Made by a program: the position numbers and the translations under genes. Shown here in pieces: positions 26,214-36,806 of a stretch of 38,180 nt of DNA. How positions within the stretch are numbered: the stretch's first letter is position 1; every line of letters begins with the position of its first letter. The stretch lies in the UHGV virus genome UHGV-0182431; one strand, 5' to 3'. The notes under the pieces are model-generated. The model was given only the letters and a program-made list of their open reading frames with translations, did no database searches and was not told where the DNA came from. This stretch comes from a virus.

Positions 26214-27045
26214 TGAAAAGTTGTGCACGAATTTTGACGATCCCGAAGCAGTACCCGGTGTGATTTTAAAAGTCGCAAACGTCAGCCCGTTAGAAGTGAC
26301 TGACGCTGACCTTAAGAAAATCAACAAGTACACGCTTTCACCCGTTACAGCCGACGATGTGTTTATTTTTAAGGCAACAATCGCTGACAACGAGCAGGAC
26401 GACAGAAATAATATGCCGTTTAATCTTAAGGCTGTTCAAGACCTTAAAAAGCTCTACCCCGGCAAGACAATGTTGAAAGATCACGTACGTCTTGCAGACA
26501 ATCAGATTGCCCGTGTCTATGACACCGAGCTTATTCAAAGCTCAAGCAAATTGACCGAGCTTGGCGAGCTGCACACGGAGCTTGTCGCGAAAATCTACAT
26601 GATTAAGACTGACGCGAATAAAGACCTTATCGCCGAGATTAAAGGCGGAATTAAGAAAGAGGTTTCAACGTCAACGGTTCCCGAAAAGATGATCTGTAGC
26701 ATCTGCGGAACGGACAACCTAAAAGAATACTGCCGTCACTGGCCCGGACGTGAATATGAAGTGTCCGACGGCTCCGGCAAATCTGCAAAGCGGCGTTGTA
26801 AAATGCTTCTTGATGGAGCAAAAGAAGCTTACGAACTAAGCTTTGTTGCAATTCCGGCGCAGCCCCGTGCAGGTACGCATAAGTCGGTTGGCTTTTGCAA
26901 ACCTATTGAAGAACCGAAGAAAAAAGATGACAATGAAAGCGAAAACGCTTTAAACATTGAAAAAACGGACAGACGCATTCTCAACCAGAGATTAAAATGC
27001 GCCGAGTCCATTTTTTATACTCAAAAATCAGAAAGTGAGGAATAA
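26206..27045 (+). CDS. Prohead maturation protease with CxxC..CxH insert
   Basis: Between portal and capsid; DH, KEVS, CSICG...CRH, YELSFVAIPAQ. Confidence 0.8.
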   Translation: MNDEKLCTNFDDPEAVPGVILKVANVSPLEVTDADLKKINKYTLSPVTADDVFIFKATIADNEQDDRNNMPFNLKAVQDLKKLYPGKTMLKDHVRLADNQIARVYDTELIQSSSKLTELGELHTELVAKIYMIKTDANKDLIAEIKGGIKKEVSTSTVPEKMICSICGTDNLKEYCRHWPGREYEVSDGSGKSAKRRCKMLLDGAKEAYELSFVAIPAQPRAGTHKSVGFCKPIEEPKKKDDNESENALNIEKTDRRILNQRLKCAESIFYTQKSESEE

Positions 27046-27049
27046 GACA

Positions 27050-28309
27050 ATGAACAAGAAAATGAGAGAAATTCTTGCGAAAATCCAGGAAAAAACCGCA
27101 CAGGCAAAGGCTCTTATGGAGGGCGAAAACAAGGATATTGCCAAGGCAAACGCAATTATGGACGAAGTTGACGCACTTCAGAACGAGCTTGCAGCCGAGA
27201 AAAGAGTATATGATGCTGAGAAGACGGCAGGCGCACAGTCCGCCAATACTCCGGTAGCGGATCATGCTCAGGAGAAAAATGTGGCACCGCTCACAGGCGA
27301 GCAGGTTGTCGCAAAGGAAGTCCGTGCGATTATGTCGCCGACAAGATTTGCAAACGACAAATCTTTGCAGGAGTCTGTTGACGCCGATGGCGGCTATATC
27401 GTACCCGAGGACATACAGACACGCATCAACCGCTGGCCAGAAGCCGAGTACAGCTTTTTGAGCGACATCTCAGAAGAAATCGTATCGACCAACAAGGGTG
27501 CTCGCACATATCAGGTGACTGCAGACACCGACGCGTTTGTTGACCTTGACGAAAACGGCGCAATCACCAAAGAGATCACAGCACCGACTTTTGAACGTGT
27601 GACGTTTAGCATAAAGGACAGAGCCGGATTTATGCCGGTATCTAACGACCTCGTTGAAGACTCTGATGCAAACATTTCAGAGGTTATCACCGCATGGCTT
27701 GCAAAGGCGAACATTGCAACAGCAAACGCCAAGGTTAAGGCTATCATCGCCGACCATAAGAATCCGGGCGAATCTACCAAGGGTGCTAAAGCGATTACCG
27801 GCGGAATTGACGGCATTAAAAAGATTGTCAATGTAACGCTCGGACAGGCCTATAAGGGCACATCTAAAATCATCACCAACGACGACGGCTTGCAGTACCT
27901 TGACACTCTTAAGGACGCTAACGGCAGATATCTTCTCAATCCCGATCCGACCGACAGTGCAAAGCTCACACTTCGCTGCGGCTCGGTTGTTGTGCCGGTA
28001 AAGGTTATTCCCAATGCCGTGCTTAAAACAGATGTCAAGACAGGCAACGGAGCATATACACGTGTGCCGTTTATCATCGGCGACCTCCAGCAGGGTATCA
28101 AGCGTTACAATCGTAAGTCTATGACGCTCAAGGCGTCTGATGTGGCGACACTCGGCTCTTTCAACGCTTTTGCAATGAATATGACGCTCATCAGGGCCAT
28201 CCTCAGAGACGACTACAAAGAGCTTGACGCTAAAGCCTATTTCAACGGCTACATCGACACGACTGTCACTACTGTTACTGAGCCGGCAGAAAATCCGTCG
28301 GGTACTTGA
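27050..28309 (+). CDS. Major capsid protein, HK97 fold
   Basis: Coiled-coil delta domain; DGGYIVP; LKDANGRYL. Confidence 0.95.
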   Translation: MNKKMREILAKIQEKTAQAKALMEGENKDIAKANAIMDEVDALQNELAAEKRVYDAEKTAGAQSANTPVADHAQEKNVAPLTGEQVVAKEVRAIMSPTRFANDKSLQESVDADGGYIVPEDIQTRINRWPEAEYSFLSDISEEIVSTNKGARTYQVTADTDAFVDLDENGAITKEITAPTFERVTFSIKDRAGFMPVSNDLVEDSDANISEVITAWLAKANIATANAKVKAIIADHKNPGESTKGAKAITGGIDGIKKIVNVTLGQAYKGTSKIITNDDGLQYLDTLKDANGRYLLNPDPTDSAKLTLRCGSVVVPVKVIPNAVLKTDVKTGNGAYTRVPFIIGDLQQGIKRYNRKSMTLKASDVATLGSFNAFAMNMTLIRAILRDDYKELDAKAYFNGYIDTTVTTVTEPAENPSGT

Positions 28310-28329
28310 TTTAAAGGAGGGCATCGGCT

Positions 28330-28644
28330 ATGAGGAATGACAACTGCTACGTTGTAAGCACAGATGAAGCGCTGGCTTATCTTGGCTTTGATTACGCTGA
28401 CGACATGGTTGCCAAAAACGTCGAACGAAACATAAAAGCAGCCGATGCCTACCTCATCGGCTCTATCGGCGAAAACTATCCGGTTGACGATCCAAGGGCA
28501 AAAGAATTAGCTCTGATGATCGTGGCCGATTTATACGAAAGCAGAGGCACACAGTCCACCATTTCCGGGAATACTCGGAAAATAGTGGACGACCTCTCTT
28601 TACAACTCCGCATGGAGCTGAGGAGGGCGTCTGATGGTATTTGA
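28330..28644 (+). CDS. Head-tail connector (gp6-like)
   Basis: Position; DLYESR motif. Confidence 0.85.
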   Translation: MRNDNCYVVSTDEALAYLGFDYADDMVAKNVERNIKAADAYLIGSIGENYPVDDPRAKELALMIVADLYESRGTQSTISGNTRKIVDDLSLQLRMELRRASDGI

Positions 28645-28951
28645 TAAGCCGATAATCATCGAAAAGCTAAACGCCGACGCAGAAGAATGGTCGGAATATT
28701 TTAAGGCACACGCTGCCGTCAATAAGACAGGCGGCAGCGAATATTCAAACGCAGGAGCAGAGCGATCCACACAGACATTGACGTTTGCGCTGCGCTACTG
28801 CGACAAACTTGAGCCTATACCGTACAACACTCAGAGTTATCGGGTTAGGTATAGAGGCCATACCTTTAACATCAAAGATACAGACCTTTATATGGAAAAT
28901 CGCCGAGAAAATTTGAAATTGGTAGGTGAATCCTATGGCGAAGACAGTTAA
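28634..28951 (+). CDS. Head closure / head-tail adaptor
   Basis: Position; RVRYRGHTFNI. Confidence 0.85.
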   Translation: MVFDKPIIIEKLNADAEEWSEYFKAHAAVNKTGGSEYSNAGAERSTQTLTFALRYCDKLEPIPYNTQSYRVRYRGHTFNIKDTDLYMENRRENLKLVGESYGEDS

Positions 28952-29330
28952 AGCGGAAAGCTTAGCCAATGCCATCAATTCCGAGCTTAAGTTATATTCC
29001 AAAGATTTGACCGAGAGAATCAACAATGTGGGGCTTATCTCAGTTAAAGACCTTGTGAGGAAAACCAGAGCTACAGCTCCAAGAGGCCAGAGAGCTAAAC
29101 ATTACTACAGGTCAATTAGTTTCGACACAAGAAAGCGAAATGCAACAGGAAGCAAAATCTACACTTGGTATGTCAAAGCACCCGAATACAGATTGACGCA
29201 TTTGCTTGTCAACGGACATCAAACACGTAGCGGTGGTAGGACAAAAGCAAACCCGTTTTTACAAAATGCCTTAAATGAAGTGTTACCGGAGTATGAAAAG
29301 AAGATTGAGGAGGCGGTCAAAAACGAATAG
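28935..29330 (+). CDS. HK97 gp10-like neck protein
   Basis: YRLTHLLVNGH...GGRTKANPF. Confidence 0.85.
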   Translation: MAKTVKAESLANAINSELKLYSKDLTERINNVGLISVKDLVRKTRATAPRGQRAKHYYRSISFDTRKRNATGSKIYTWYVKAPEYRLTHLLVNGHQTRSGGRTKANPFLQNALNEVLPEYEKKIEEAVKNE

Positions 29331-29646
29331 TCTTGCTGAAATCTGCTTGAATGAAGCAGGAATTACCAATCGACCGACAGTTTTTCGCAAAGTTCCACAC
29401 GGCACATTTGCCGTTTATTTTGATTCAGCCGACAACGATCAAGGTGCCGATTTGATTAACAATGTGCGCTCTCACGACGTTACAATCGAGCTCTATGAAG
29501 AAAAGCAGGATTTTAAGGCTCGCAGGGCGCTCGAAGCTGTAATGGATGAGAGGGCTATCAAATGGGATCGTGCTGATACAGTATGGCTTGAAGAAGAACA
29601 GTTCTACGAAACAATATACACTTTTTCTTACGTTGAAAGGAGATAA
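29323..29646 (+). CDS. Tail completion/terminator protein (start uncertain; best RBS precedes ACG)
   Basis: Position before the major tail protein; GAD...TIELY...WLEEEQFYETIY. Confidence 0.75.
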   Translation, partial: TNSLAEICLNEAGITNRPTVFRKVPHGTFAVYFDSADNDQGADLINNVRSHDVTIELYEEKQDFKARRALEAVMDERAIKWDRADTVWLEEEQFYETIYTFSYVERR

Positions 29647-29650
29647 AAAC

Positions 29651-30343
29651 ATGAGAAATAAAAGAGACAAAGATACAATAACGCTCGGCTCAGGCAAGCT
29701 TTACATGGTTGAGTTCGATGAAGCCTTGCCAAGCGTTGACGAAATCTGCATTGATGCCAATCTTTTAGGTTGGATTAAGGGCGGTGCATCGTTGGAATAC
29801 ACAGCCGAAACATACGAGGAAAAGGATGACCTCGGTATGGTATCGAAGGTAATCATCACATCTGAAGAAGCAATCCTCAAGGCAGGCTTACTCACTTGGA
29901 ATGGCGAAACGCTCACAAAGCTTGTTGACACAGGTCGCACAACTATTGAAAACAATCGCCGTATCACGAAAATCGGCGGACTTGCAAACGCAAAAAATAA
30001 GAGTTATGCAATTTGCTTCTTTCACGAGGATAAAGTCACGGGCAACCTTTGGGTGATCATCAAAGGAAGAAATCAGGCTGGCTTTACGGTTACATGGGCG
30101 GTGGACTCTGGTACAGTCATTGAACCGGAATTCAAGGCACTTCCGCACGATTCCGAGGGAACGCTTATTCAGCTCCTCGAGGAGCTGAACGTTACCAAGT
30201 ATGCAAAGACATCCGATACCGATATCGTGAGCGGTAAGGACTACTTCACACGCACAGGCTCGAAAGAGCCATATACATACGTTAAGGTCGAAAACCCGAC
30301 CAAAGCAGATATCTCAACCTACTACGAGATAGACAACAACTGA
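29651..30343 (+). CDS. Major tail protein with short C-terminal extension
   Basis: ITLGSGKLY...LGWIKGGASLEY; RBS AAAGGAG. Confidence 0.85.
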   Translation: MRNKRDKDTITLGSGKLYMVEFDEALPSVDEICIDANLLGWIKGGASLEYTAETYEEKDDLGMVSKVIITSEEAILKAGLLTWNGETLTKLVDTGRTTIENNRRITKIGGLANAKNKSYAICFFHEDKVTGNLWVIIKGRNQAGFTVTWAVDSGTVIEPEFKALPHDSEGTLIQLLEELNVTKYAKTSDTDIVSGKDYFTRTGSKEPYTYVKVENPTKADISTYYEIDNN

Positions 30344-30347
30344 TTAC

Positions 30348-30385
30348 AACAGCGCAGGGAATTATATCTCTGCGCTGTTCTTTTT
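30348..30385 (+). terminator. Terminator after the major tail gene
   Basis: AACAGCGCAGG...TCTGCGCTGTT-CTTTTT. Confidence 0.8.
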
Positions 30386-30402
30386 TACAAGGAGGCAAAA
30401 CA

Positions 30403-30744
30403 ATGAAAGCTTTAGATTTAAACAAGGCGAAAAGACAGTCATTTCCCGTGACAATGATGGACGAAAAGCAGACGGTATTTAATTTGGTGATGCCGAATGC
30501 AGAAGCAATCAAAAAGCTCCAGACGATCTATAAGGAGCTGCAGAGCGTTATAAGCGGCGACGACGCCGATGCACTTGATGCTTGCTATGAGGTTGCCGCT
30601 GAGCTTTTTAGCTGTAACCGTTTGCAGAACAAAGTTACGGCGGAAGAGCTTAAAAGTGTTTATGCGATGGAATTTGAAGATTTGGTTCTCTTTTTCAACG
30701 CATACATGGAATTCATTAACGAGCTGACAAAAGCAAAAAACTGA
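30403..30744 (+). CDS. Tail assembly chaperone (gpG-like)
   Basis: Between major tail and tape measure genes; ends at slippery A AAA AAC TGA. Confidence 0.85.
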   Translation: MKALDLNKAKRQSFPVTMMDEKQTVFNLVMPNAEAIKKLQTIYKELQSVISGDDADALDACYEVAAELFSCNRLQNKVTAEELKSVYAMEFEDLVLFFNAYMEFINELTKAKN

Positions 30745-31019
30745 GTTTGCCCTACTATCCGATGCCGGAGAAAAAGGGCGGACATCAGTTTTTCATAGAA
30801 ACTTGGAAAGAAAAAATCACTGCAGATTATACAGGCCTGAGCTTTGCCGAGCTTGGAAAGCTCAATTATCTTGATTTTTTAAGCTTGCGCCGCGATGCTT
30901 TTATTTATTTAATGAGTCAGACAGAAAAAGGTCAGGAATACCTCGACAATGCTTGGCGCATGGAGCAAACAGAACCCGATCGTGCTGCTTTGCGTGAAAA
31001 ATTCGGAAAGAAAGGATGA
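30735..31019 (+). CDS. gpT-like extension reached by a -1 frameshift
   Basis: Heptamer A AAA AAC at 30735-30741; -1 frame open to 31019; no RBS of its own. Confidence 0.8.
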   Translation, partial: KKLSLPYYPMPEKKGGHQFFIETWKEKITADYTGLSFAELGKLNYLDFLSLRRDAFIYLMSQTEKGQEYLDNAWRMEQTEPDRAALREKFGKKG

Positions 31020-31024
31020 ATTGA

Positions 31025-34000
31025 GTGGCGAAAAAAATAAAAGGATTGACCGTTGAAATAGACGGCGACACCACGAAACTTGGAGACGCTCTTAGAAAAG
31101 TCGAAAAAAACTCCAAAGACTTATCAAGCGAGCTAAAAGACGTCAACAAGTTGCTTAAGTTTGATCCTCATAATTCCGAACTCCTTGCACAAAAGCAAAA
31201 AATACTTTCAGCCGCCATTGATGAGTCGAAAAATAAGCTCGAAATTTTAAAAGAGGCTGAAAAGTCGGTTATCAAGCAATTTGAGGAGGGCAAGATCTCA
31301 GAGGATCAGCTGAGAGCTTTTCAGCGTGAAATAATTGCAACGACTAACTCACTCAAAAGTGACGAGCAGCAAGCTGAGAAAACGGCTAAAGCAATCGAGA
31401 ATCTTGGGAAGAGTGGCGAAAAGGTTAAAACGCTCCGCTCAACTATCGAAGAACAGTCATCAGCACTGTCGAAGCTCAAGGGGAGATACGCCGAGGTTGC
31501 GGCCACTCAGGGCAAAAACAGCTCCGAAGCCAAAGCTTTAGCGAGCCAAATTAAGAGTCTTTCGGGAGAATTCAACGAAAATCAAGAGAAGATGCGTAAA
31601 GCCGAAGAAGCAGCAAATAAACTTGATAAGTCGTATGAAAATACCGAAAAATCATCCGGCAGGCTAAAGGAAACATTGAAAAATGTAACAGCAGCTGCCG
31701 TCGCTGTCGGTGCTGCCGTCGGTGCAGCAGCACTAAAGCTCACAAAAGATGTCATCGATGCTTATGGCAAACAGGAGCAGCTCATAGGCGGTGTTGAAAC
31801 GCTCTTCGGCGCAGGCGGTCAAAGTCTCGACGAATATGCCAAAAGCGTCGGTAAGTCGAGCAAAGCCGCAGAAAATGATTATAACAATCTTTTAAAATCG
31901 CAGAATACAGTCATTACGAATGCCAACATGGCGTATAAGACTGCCGGAATGTCCGCAAATGAATATATGGATACGGTGACGTCATTTTCGGCGTCGCTCA
32001 TATCATCGCTTAACGGTGATACGGTTGCAGCTGCAAAAGCCGCAGACACTGCAATCGTTGATATGTCCGACAACGCCAATAAAATGGGCTCGGACATATC
32101 CTCAATTCAAAACGCTTACCAGGGATTTGCTAAGCAGAATTATACCATGTTGGATAACCTCAAGCTCGGGTATGGTGGTACCAAGAGCGAGATGGAAAGG
32201 CTTCTTGCCGATGCACAGAAGCTTTCAGGTCAGAAATATGATATTGAAAATCTTAACGATGTCTATTCTGCAATCCACGTTATACAGACGGAAATGGGTA
32301 TTACCGGAACAACAGCCAAAGAAGCTGCAACTACGATTCAAGGCTCAATCGGCTCGTTGAAATCCGCAGTCGGCAATCTCATCGCCGGTCTCGGAGATGC
32401 CGATGTTGACGTCGGATGGTTAACAGACGAAGTTGTTGATGCTTTTAAGACAGTGCTTAAAAACATTACACCGGTTATACAAAATATCATATCTGCGCTG
32501 CCAACGGCAGTGAATGCAATCATTGAGGCGCTCGGATCACTTCTGCCGTCGATACTCGATTCCGCAGCGGAATTGTTTTCGCAGATCCTTTCGACGGTCG
32601 TCGGTATCTTGCCCGAGCTTGTGACTGCTATTGCTGATTTTGCTGTCGCAATAGCCGATACAATTGTTGGTATGCTTCCTCAAATCTTAACGGCGACCTT
32701 AAATGTTTTGACTGCTGTTTTAAACGGATTAAGCCAAAGCTTACCGCAGCTGATTTTGACGATTGTTGATGTTATACCGGGAATTGTTGACGCTATTCTT
32801 ACGGCTACGCCGCAACTAATCAATGCTGCGCTCGAGCTTGTAACGGCATTGGTTGATGCGTTACCGCAAATTATAGATCAGCTTATAGGTGCGTTACCGC
32901 TCATTATTGAGAGTATAACAACTTTCCTTGCAACAGGCATTCCTCAAATTGTTAATGCGGCCATCAATTTATTTATGGGAATTGTTGATGCTCTTCCCGA
33001 AATAATTACAGCTATTGTCGAGCAGCTGCCGACAATAATTGATGCAATCGCCGAATGCCTTATGTCGAGCTTGCCAGTGCTACTTGATGCCGGAATAAAG
33101 TTGTTTGAAACTCTTTTAGAAGCCGTTCCGGCAATAATTCCGGAACTAATTGCAATACTCCCAGTGATCATAAACACTTTGATCAATTATTTCACACAAA
33201 ACATTCCGACGCTTTTACAAGCCAGCATAACACTGTTTATGGCACTTGTTGAAGCTCTGCCCGAAGTGGTGTCAGCACTCGTGGCATACATACCAAATGT
33301 AATCGGCGCCATTGTAGATGGATTCAGTGACTTAGGTTCACAGTTAAAACGAGACATTCTTGATCCGATATGGAATTCCATCAGCGAATGGTGGACGAAC
33401 CTCTGGATGTCTATTTCATCGTGGATCGGCGAAGCAATCTCAAATATTGGCGAGTTTTTCACAAATATTTGGGCTTCGATTTCGAGCTGGTTTGAAAATA
33501 TCTTTACAAACATAAGCAACTTCTTTACAAGGATTTACGATGCGCTTGTAGCTTTTTTTGAAAATCCGTTTTACTACATCGGTTACGCAATCGGCTATAT
33601 AGCCAGTATGATTGTAACATTTTTTACCGAGACAATTCCTAATTTATGGAATAGCTTTACGACTTGGCTGGCCGAGACATGGCAATCGTTAACCGAGACG
33701 CTTTCAAATGCGTGGAATTCAGTTGTGACATTTTTTACCGAGCTTCCGGGAAAAATCGGAGCATGGCTTACTTCCGCATTTGAAAAGGTTAAACAGTTTG
33801 GAATTGACGTGGCGAATAAAGCAGTCGAAACAGGTACGAATTTTATAAACAATATCACAAACTTTTTTAAAAACCTACCCGGAGCGGTCGGCACATGGTT
33901 GACAAACACCATTAACAATGTTTCAACGTGGGTTACGAACATGATTGAAAAAGGTCGTGAGGGAGCTAAGAACACCGCCGAAGGCATTGTGAACGGACTT

Positions 34001-34522
34001 AAATCACTTCCGAGCCGTATGCTTAATGTTGGTAAAAACATTGTACAGGGCTTATGGCAAGGTATTTTAAATGCCGGGAATTGGCTCAAAAATAAAATAT
34101 CCGGCTGGGCAAGCAGTATTCTCAATGGTATTAAAGATGGATTCGGAGTTCATTCTCCGTCGACGAAAACTAATTGGATCGGACAAATGCTCGACAAGGG
34201 TCTTGCAGGCGGCATTTTAGATAACGCAAATGAGCCGCTTAACGCTATGGATCGCTTAAGTGCCGATCTGCTTAACTCGGCAGGTCAAATTAACGGAGCA
34301 ACGATTGAACGGCAACTCAACACGACCTTTAATGGAAACATCAGCGCAGAATCAAGCAGACTTGACGCACTCGTTAACAAGATGGACGAATACATGCCAA
34401 AAGTCATTGAAGCGGCGAAGAAAGCTATAATGCTGGATTCGGGCGTGCTTGTCGGTGAAACGGTCGATCAATTTGACGTTGCACTTTCCAACAAATACGG
34501 CTTGAAAGCGAGGGGTGCATGA
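31025..34522 (+). CDS. Tape measure protein
   Basis: 1165 aa; IKGLTVEIDGDTT N-terminus, amphipathic/Trp repeats, GVHSPS motif. Confidence 0.95.
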   Translation: MAKKIKGLTVEIDGDTTKLGDALRKVEKNSKDLSSELKDVNKLLKFDPHNSELLAQKQKILSAAIDESKNKLEILKEAEKSVIKQFEEGKISEDQLRAFQREIIATTNSLKSDEQQAEKTAKAIENLGKSGEKVKTLRSTIEEQSSALSKLKGRYAEVAATQGKNSSEAKALASQIKSLSGEFNENQEKMRKAEEAANKLDKSYENTEKSSGRLKETLKNVTAAAVAVGAAVGAAALKLTKDVIDAYGKQEQLIGGVETLFGAGGQSLDEYAKSVGKSSKAAENDYNNLLKSQNTVITNANMAYKTAGMSANEYMDTVTSFSASLISSLNGDTVAAAKAADTAIVDMSDNANKMGSDISSIQNAYQGFAKQNYTMLDNLKLGYGGTKSEMERLLADAQKLSGQKYDIENLNDVYSAIHVIQTEMGITGTTAKEAATTIQGSIGSLKSAVGNLIAGLGDADVDVGWLTDEVVDAFKTVLKNITPVIQNIISALPTAVNAIIEALGSLLPSILDSAAELFSQILSTVVGILPELVTAIADFAVAIADTIVGMLPQILTATLNVLTAVLNGLSQSLPQLILTIVDVIPGIVDAILTATPQLINAALELVTALVDALPQIIDQLIGALPLIIESITTFLATGIPQIVNAAINLFMGIVDALPEIITAIVEQLPTIIDAIAECLMSSLPVLLDAGIKLFETLLEAVPAIIPELIAILPVIINTLINYFTQNIPTLLQASITLFMALVEALPEVVSALVAYIPNVIGAIVDGFSDLGSQLKRDILDPIWNSISEWWTNLWMSISSWIGEAISNIGEFFTNIWASISSWFENIFTNISNFFTRIYDALVAFFENPFYYIGYAIGYIASMIVTFFTETIPNLWNSFTTWLAETWQSLTETLSNAWNSVVTFFTELPGKIGAWLTSAFEKVKQFGIDVANKAVETGTNFINNITNFFKNLPGAVGTWLTNTINNVSTWVTNMIEKGREGAKNTAEGIVNGLKSLPSRMLNVGKNIVQGLWQGILNAGNWLKNKISGWASSILNGIKDGFGVHSPSTKTNWIGQMLDKGLAGGILDNANEPLNAMDRLSADLLNSAGQINGATIERQLNTTFNGNISAESSRLDALVNKMDEYMPKVIEAAKKAIMLDSGVLVGETVDQFDVALSNKYGLKARGA

Positions 34523-35175
34523 TGAAACGAGGTATCACTTTTACAGATTTTCACACCGCCATCGACTGGGGATTGATTTTAACCGCAAAGTCAATTCCCA
34601 GAGCCGAGATTAAAGAAAATTATGTCGAAGTCGACGGCCGTGACGGTGCGCTTGACTATACCGAAGCGTTCGGTGATGTGAAATACAAAAACCGAACGCT
34701 TAGGTTTTCATTTTCCGCTTCCGAGGGTACCTATCTTGAGCGTGAGACACTTATCAACAAGATTGTTCAAATCGTTCACGGCAAGAGACACATGATTATC
34801 ACGGACGACGATCCGCAGCATTATTTTGTAGGTCGTTGCAAAGTTGAAAATATCACAAACGGATTGACATATGGTACGTTTCAGATTTCCGTTACGGCTG
34901 ACCCGTGGAGGTACGCCAGGGAAAAAACATATCTTATTTTACCGACTAAATCATATCAGCATGACCCGATTCGACTCTACAACCAAGGCCGCAAAACGTG
35001 CGTACCGACGGTTACTGTCACTGCCGATGCCTCAATCTTTTATGACAGTACGGTAAAGGAGCTCAAAAAAGGCACATTTATATTGCCTGATTTAATCCTT
35101 ACAAGCGGAGTCAATCAAATTTACTTAACTTCGGAAGGCAAAGTAATGTTTGAATGGCAGGAGGCGGATTTATGA
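34519..35175 (+). CDS. Distal tail protein (Dit-like)
   Basis: After tape measure; VDGRDGALD...ADPWRY. Confidence 0.85.
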   Translation: MMKRGITFTDFHTAIDWGLILTAKSIPRAEIKENYVEVDGRDGALDYTEAFGDVKYKNRTLRFSFSASEGTYLERETLINKIVQIVHGKRHMIITDDDPQHYFVGRCKVENITNGLTYGTFQISVTADPWRYAREKTYLILPTKSYQHDPIRLYNQGRKTCVPTVTVTADASIFYDSTVKELKKGTFILPDLILTSGVNQIYLTSEGKVMFEWQEADL

Positions 35176-36806
35176 TTTGTCAAGTTTTTGTTGATGATAA
35201 TGCAGTCTACGATCCAAGGGTAGACGAGCTTGTTATAATGCAGGACAAGCTTAACCTTGAGCTTAACAAATCCGGAAGCTACGTTTTTACTGTTCCGCCG
35301 AGCAACCCTTATTATGGTACATTCAATAAGCTTAAGTCCATTGTTAAGTTTGTGCGCGACGGCAAAATCCTCTTTCGGGGCCGAATCCTCAACAGCGAGT
35401 ATGATTTTTACAACAACCAAAAATTGACTTGCGAGGGAGAGCTTGCTTTCCTTAACGATTCCATTCAACGTCCATATGATTTTCAGAGCGGTGACAAGCA
35501 CACAACCGTCGAAGCTCTTTTTACTTATTTTATTTCCAAACACAACAACCAAGTCGACGAGGCGAAACGGTTTAAAGTTGGGGAAATAACTGTTAAGGAC
35601 GCAAACAATTACATCGTTAGAGCCGACAGCGACTGTTCAAAAACATTAGATGCCATCAATAAAAAACTTGTGGAAACTATGGGCGGATTCTTGAGAGTTC
35701 GTCATGAATCCGACGGAAATTTTATTGATTATCTTGCCGAGCTTGCCGAAGTAAGCTCGCAATCAATAAATTTCGGCGAAAATCTACTCGACGCCGAAAA
35801 GGAAATCCGAGGGGAAAATGTTGTAACGGCGTTAATTCCTCTCGGCGCTAAAGGTGACAAAGAGGGAGACAAGCGGCTTGGGATCTCTTCTCTTGCCGAT
35901 GAAACGTCCGGAGAAATACGGAAAAAAAGCGACTACGTATACAGCGTATCGGGCGTTGCTCAATACGGCTGGATTTTTGACATCGAAACATGGGAAGACG
36001 TAAAAGATGCAAAAAATCTTTTGACTAAGGCAAAATCAGCGCTCAGTCAAAGAATTCTGCTTGAAAATTCTATAGAGCTTAAAGCAGCGGATTTAGCCGG
36101 CATTGATGCAACGCTTGCACCGTTTGACATTGGTATATGGGTACCGATCTATTCCGTGCCACATGGTCTTAACTCAAAATATCTCGTCAGAAAAATGTCC
36201 CTTTCGGCAACGAACCCGGCATCCGACTCTCTAACAATCGGCTCAACCTTTAAAAGCTTTACCGAGAGGTCCGCAAACTCGGCATCTGCAATAGCAACGG
36301 TGCAGCAAAGTCTTTCCAAAATCGGCAATAACGTTGCAACCGTTGTAAATAACTACGCCCTCATCAAAAAAGATGTGCAGAAATTGCAGGGCGAATACGT
36401 TTCGAGCGGCACATTTGATGAAAGACTGAACCCGTTTGAGGAGCATATCTCTTTTGTTGGACAAGATACAAAACTGTCAGGTAGAATCATACAAGAAGAA
36501 GTTAAATTACCGAGCTTGTTAAACTCATGGAATAATGCGGCCGGTTACGGAAGCACATCTTACTGGATCGATAGCTGCGGCATTGTGCACCTGTCGGGTG
36601 TCGTGTCGGGCGGAACGGCGAGCTCAGGCACTACACTTTTTGTTTTGCCGGAGGGCTATCGTCCGACAGCGATTGAGCTTTTTGGCACAATCAAAGTTCA
36701 GACAGACGGAGCGGTGCGACTTGCACAGGCTTTTTCAGGCGCAAATCTGTCGCTTTGCGGAATATCTTTCAAGGCGAAAAAGGAGGCAACCAAGGTTGAA
36801 AATTAA
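35172..36806 (+). CDS. Tail-associated (Tal/hub-like) protein with C-terminal fibre-like domain
   Basis: After Dit; CEGELAFLNDS, FGENLLD, TALIPLG; C-terminal LPEGYRP. Confidence 0.85.
   Translation: MICQVFVDDNAVYDPRVDELVIMQDKLNLELNKSGSYVFTVPPSNPYYGTFNKLKSIVKFVRDGKILFRGRILNSEYDFYNNQKLTCEGELAFLNDSIQRPYDFQSGDKHTTVEALFTYFISKHNNQVDEAKRFKVGEITVKDANNYIVRADSDCSKTLDAINKKLVETMGGFLRVRHESDGNFIDYLAELAEVSSQSINFGENLLDAEKEIRGENVVTALIPLGAKGDKEGDKRLGISSLADETSGEIRKKSDYVYSVSGVAQYGWIFDIETWEDVKDAKNLLTKAKSALSQRILLENSIELKAADLAGIDATLAPFDIGIWVPIYSVPHGLNSKYLVRKMSLSATNPASDSLTIGSTFKSFTERSANSASAIATVQQSLSKIGNNVATVVNNYALIKKDVQKLQGEYVSSGTFDERLNPFEEHISFVGQDTKLSGRIIQEEVKLPSLLNSWNNAAGYGSTSYWIDSCGIVHLSGVVSGGTASSGTTLFVLPEGYRPTAIELFGTIKVQTDGAVRLAQAFSGANLSLCGISFKAKKEATKVEN

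Noticed and set aside
27677..28324. 215-aa minus-strand ORF, and similar antisense ORFs at 9690-10172, 10786-11310 and 33595-34125
   Set aside because: Shadows of well-supported + strand genes, with no recognisable motifs.
36535..36795. Long N-terminal extensions in the ORF track (also 22918, 25972 and 29546)
   Set aside because: They overlap upstream genes; SD-supported starts lie downstream (36796, 23083, 26206, 29651).
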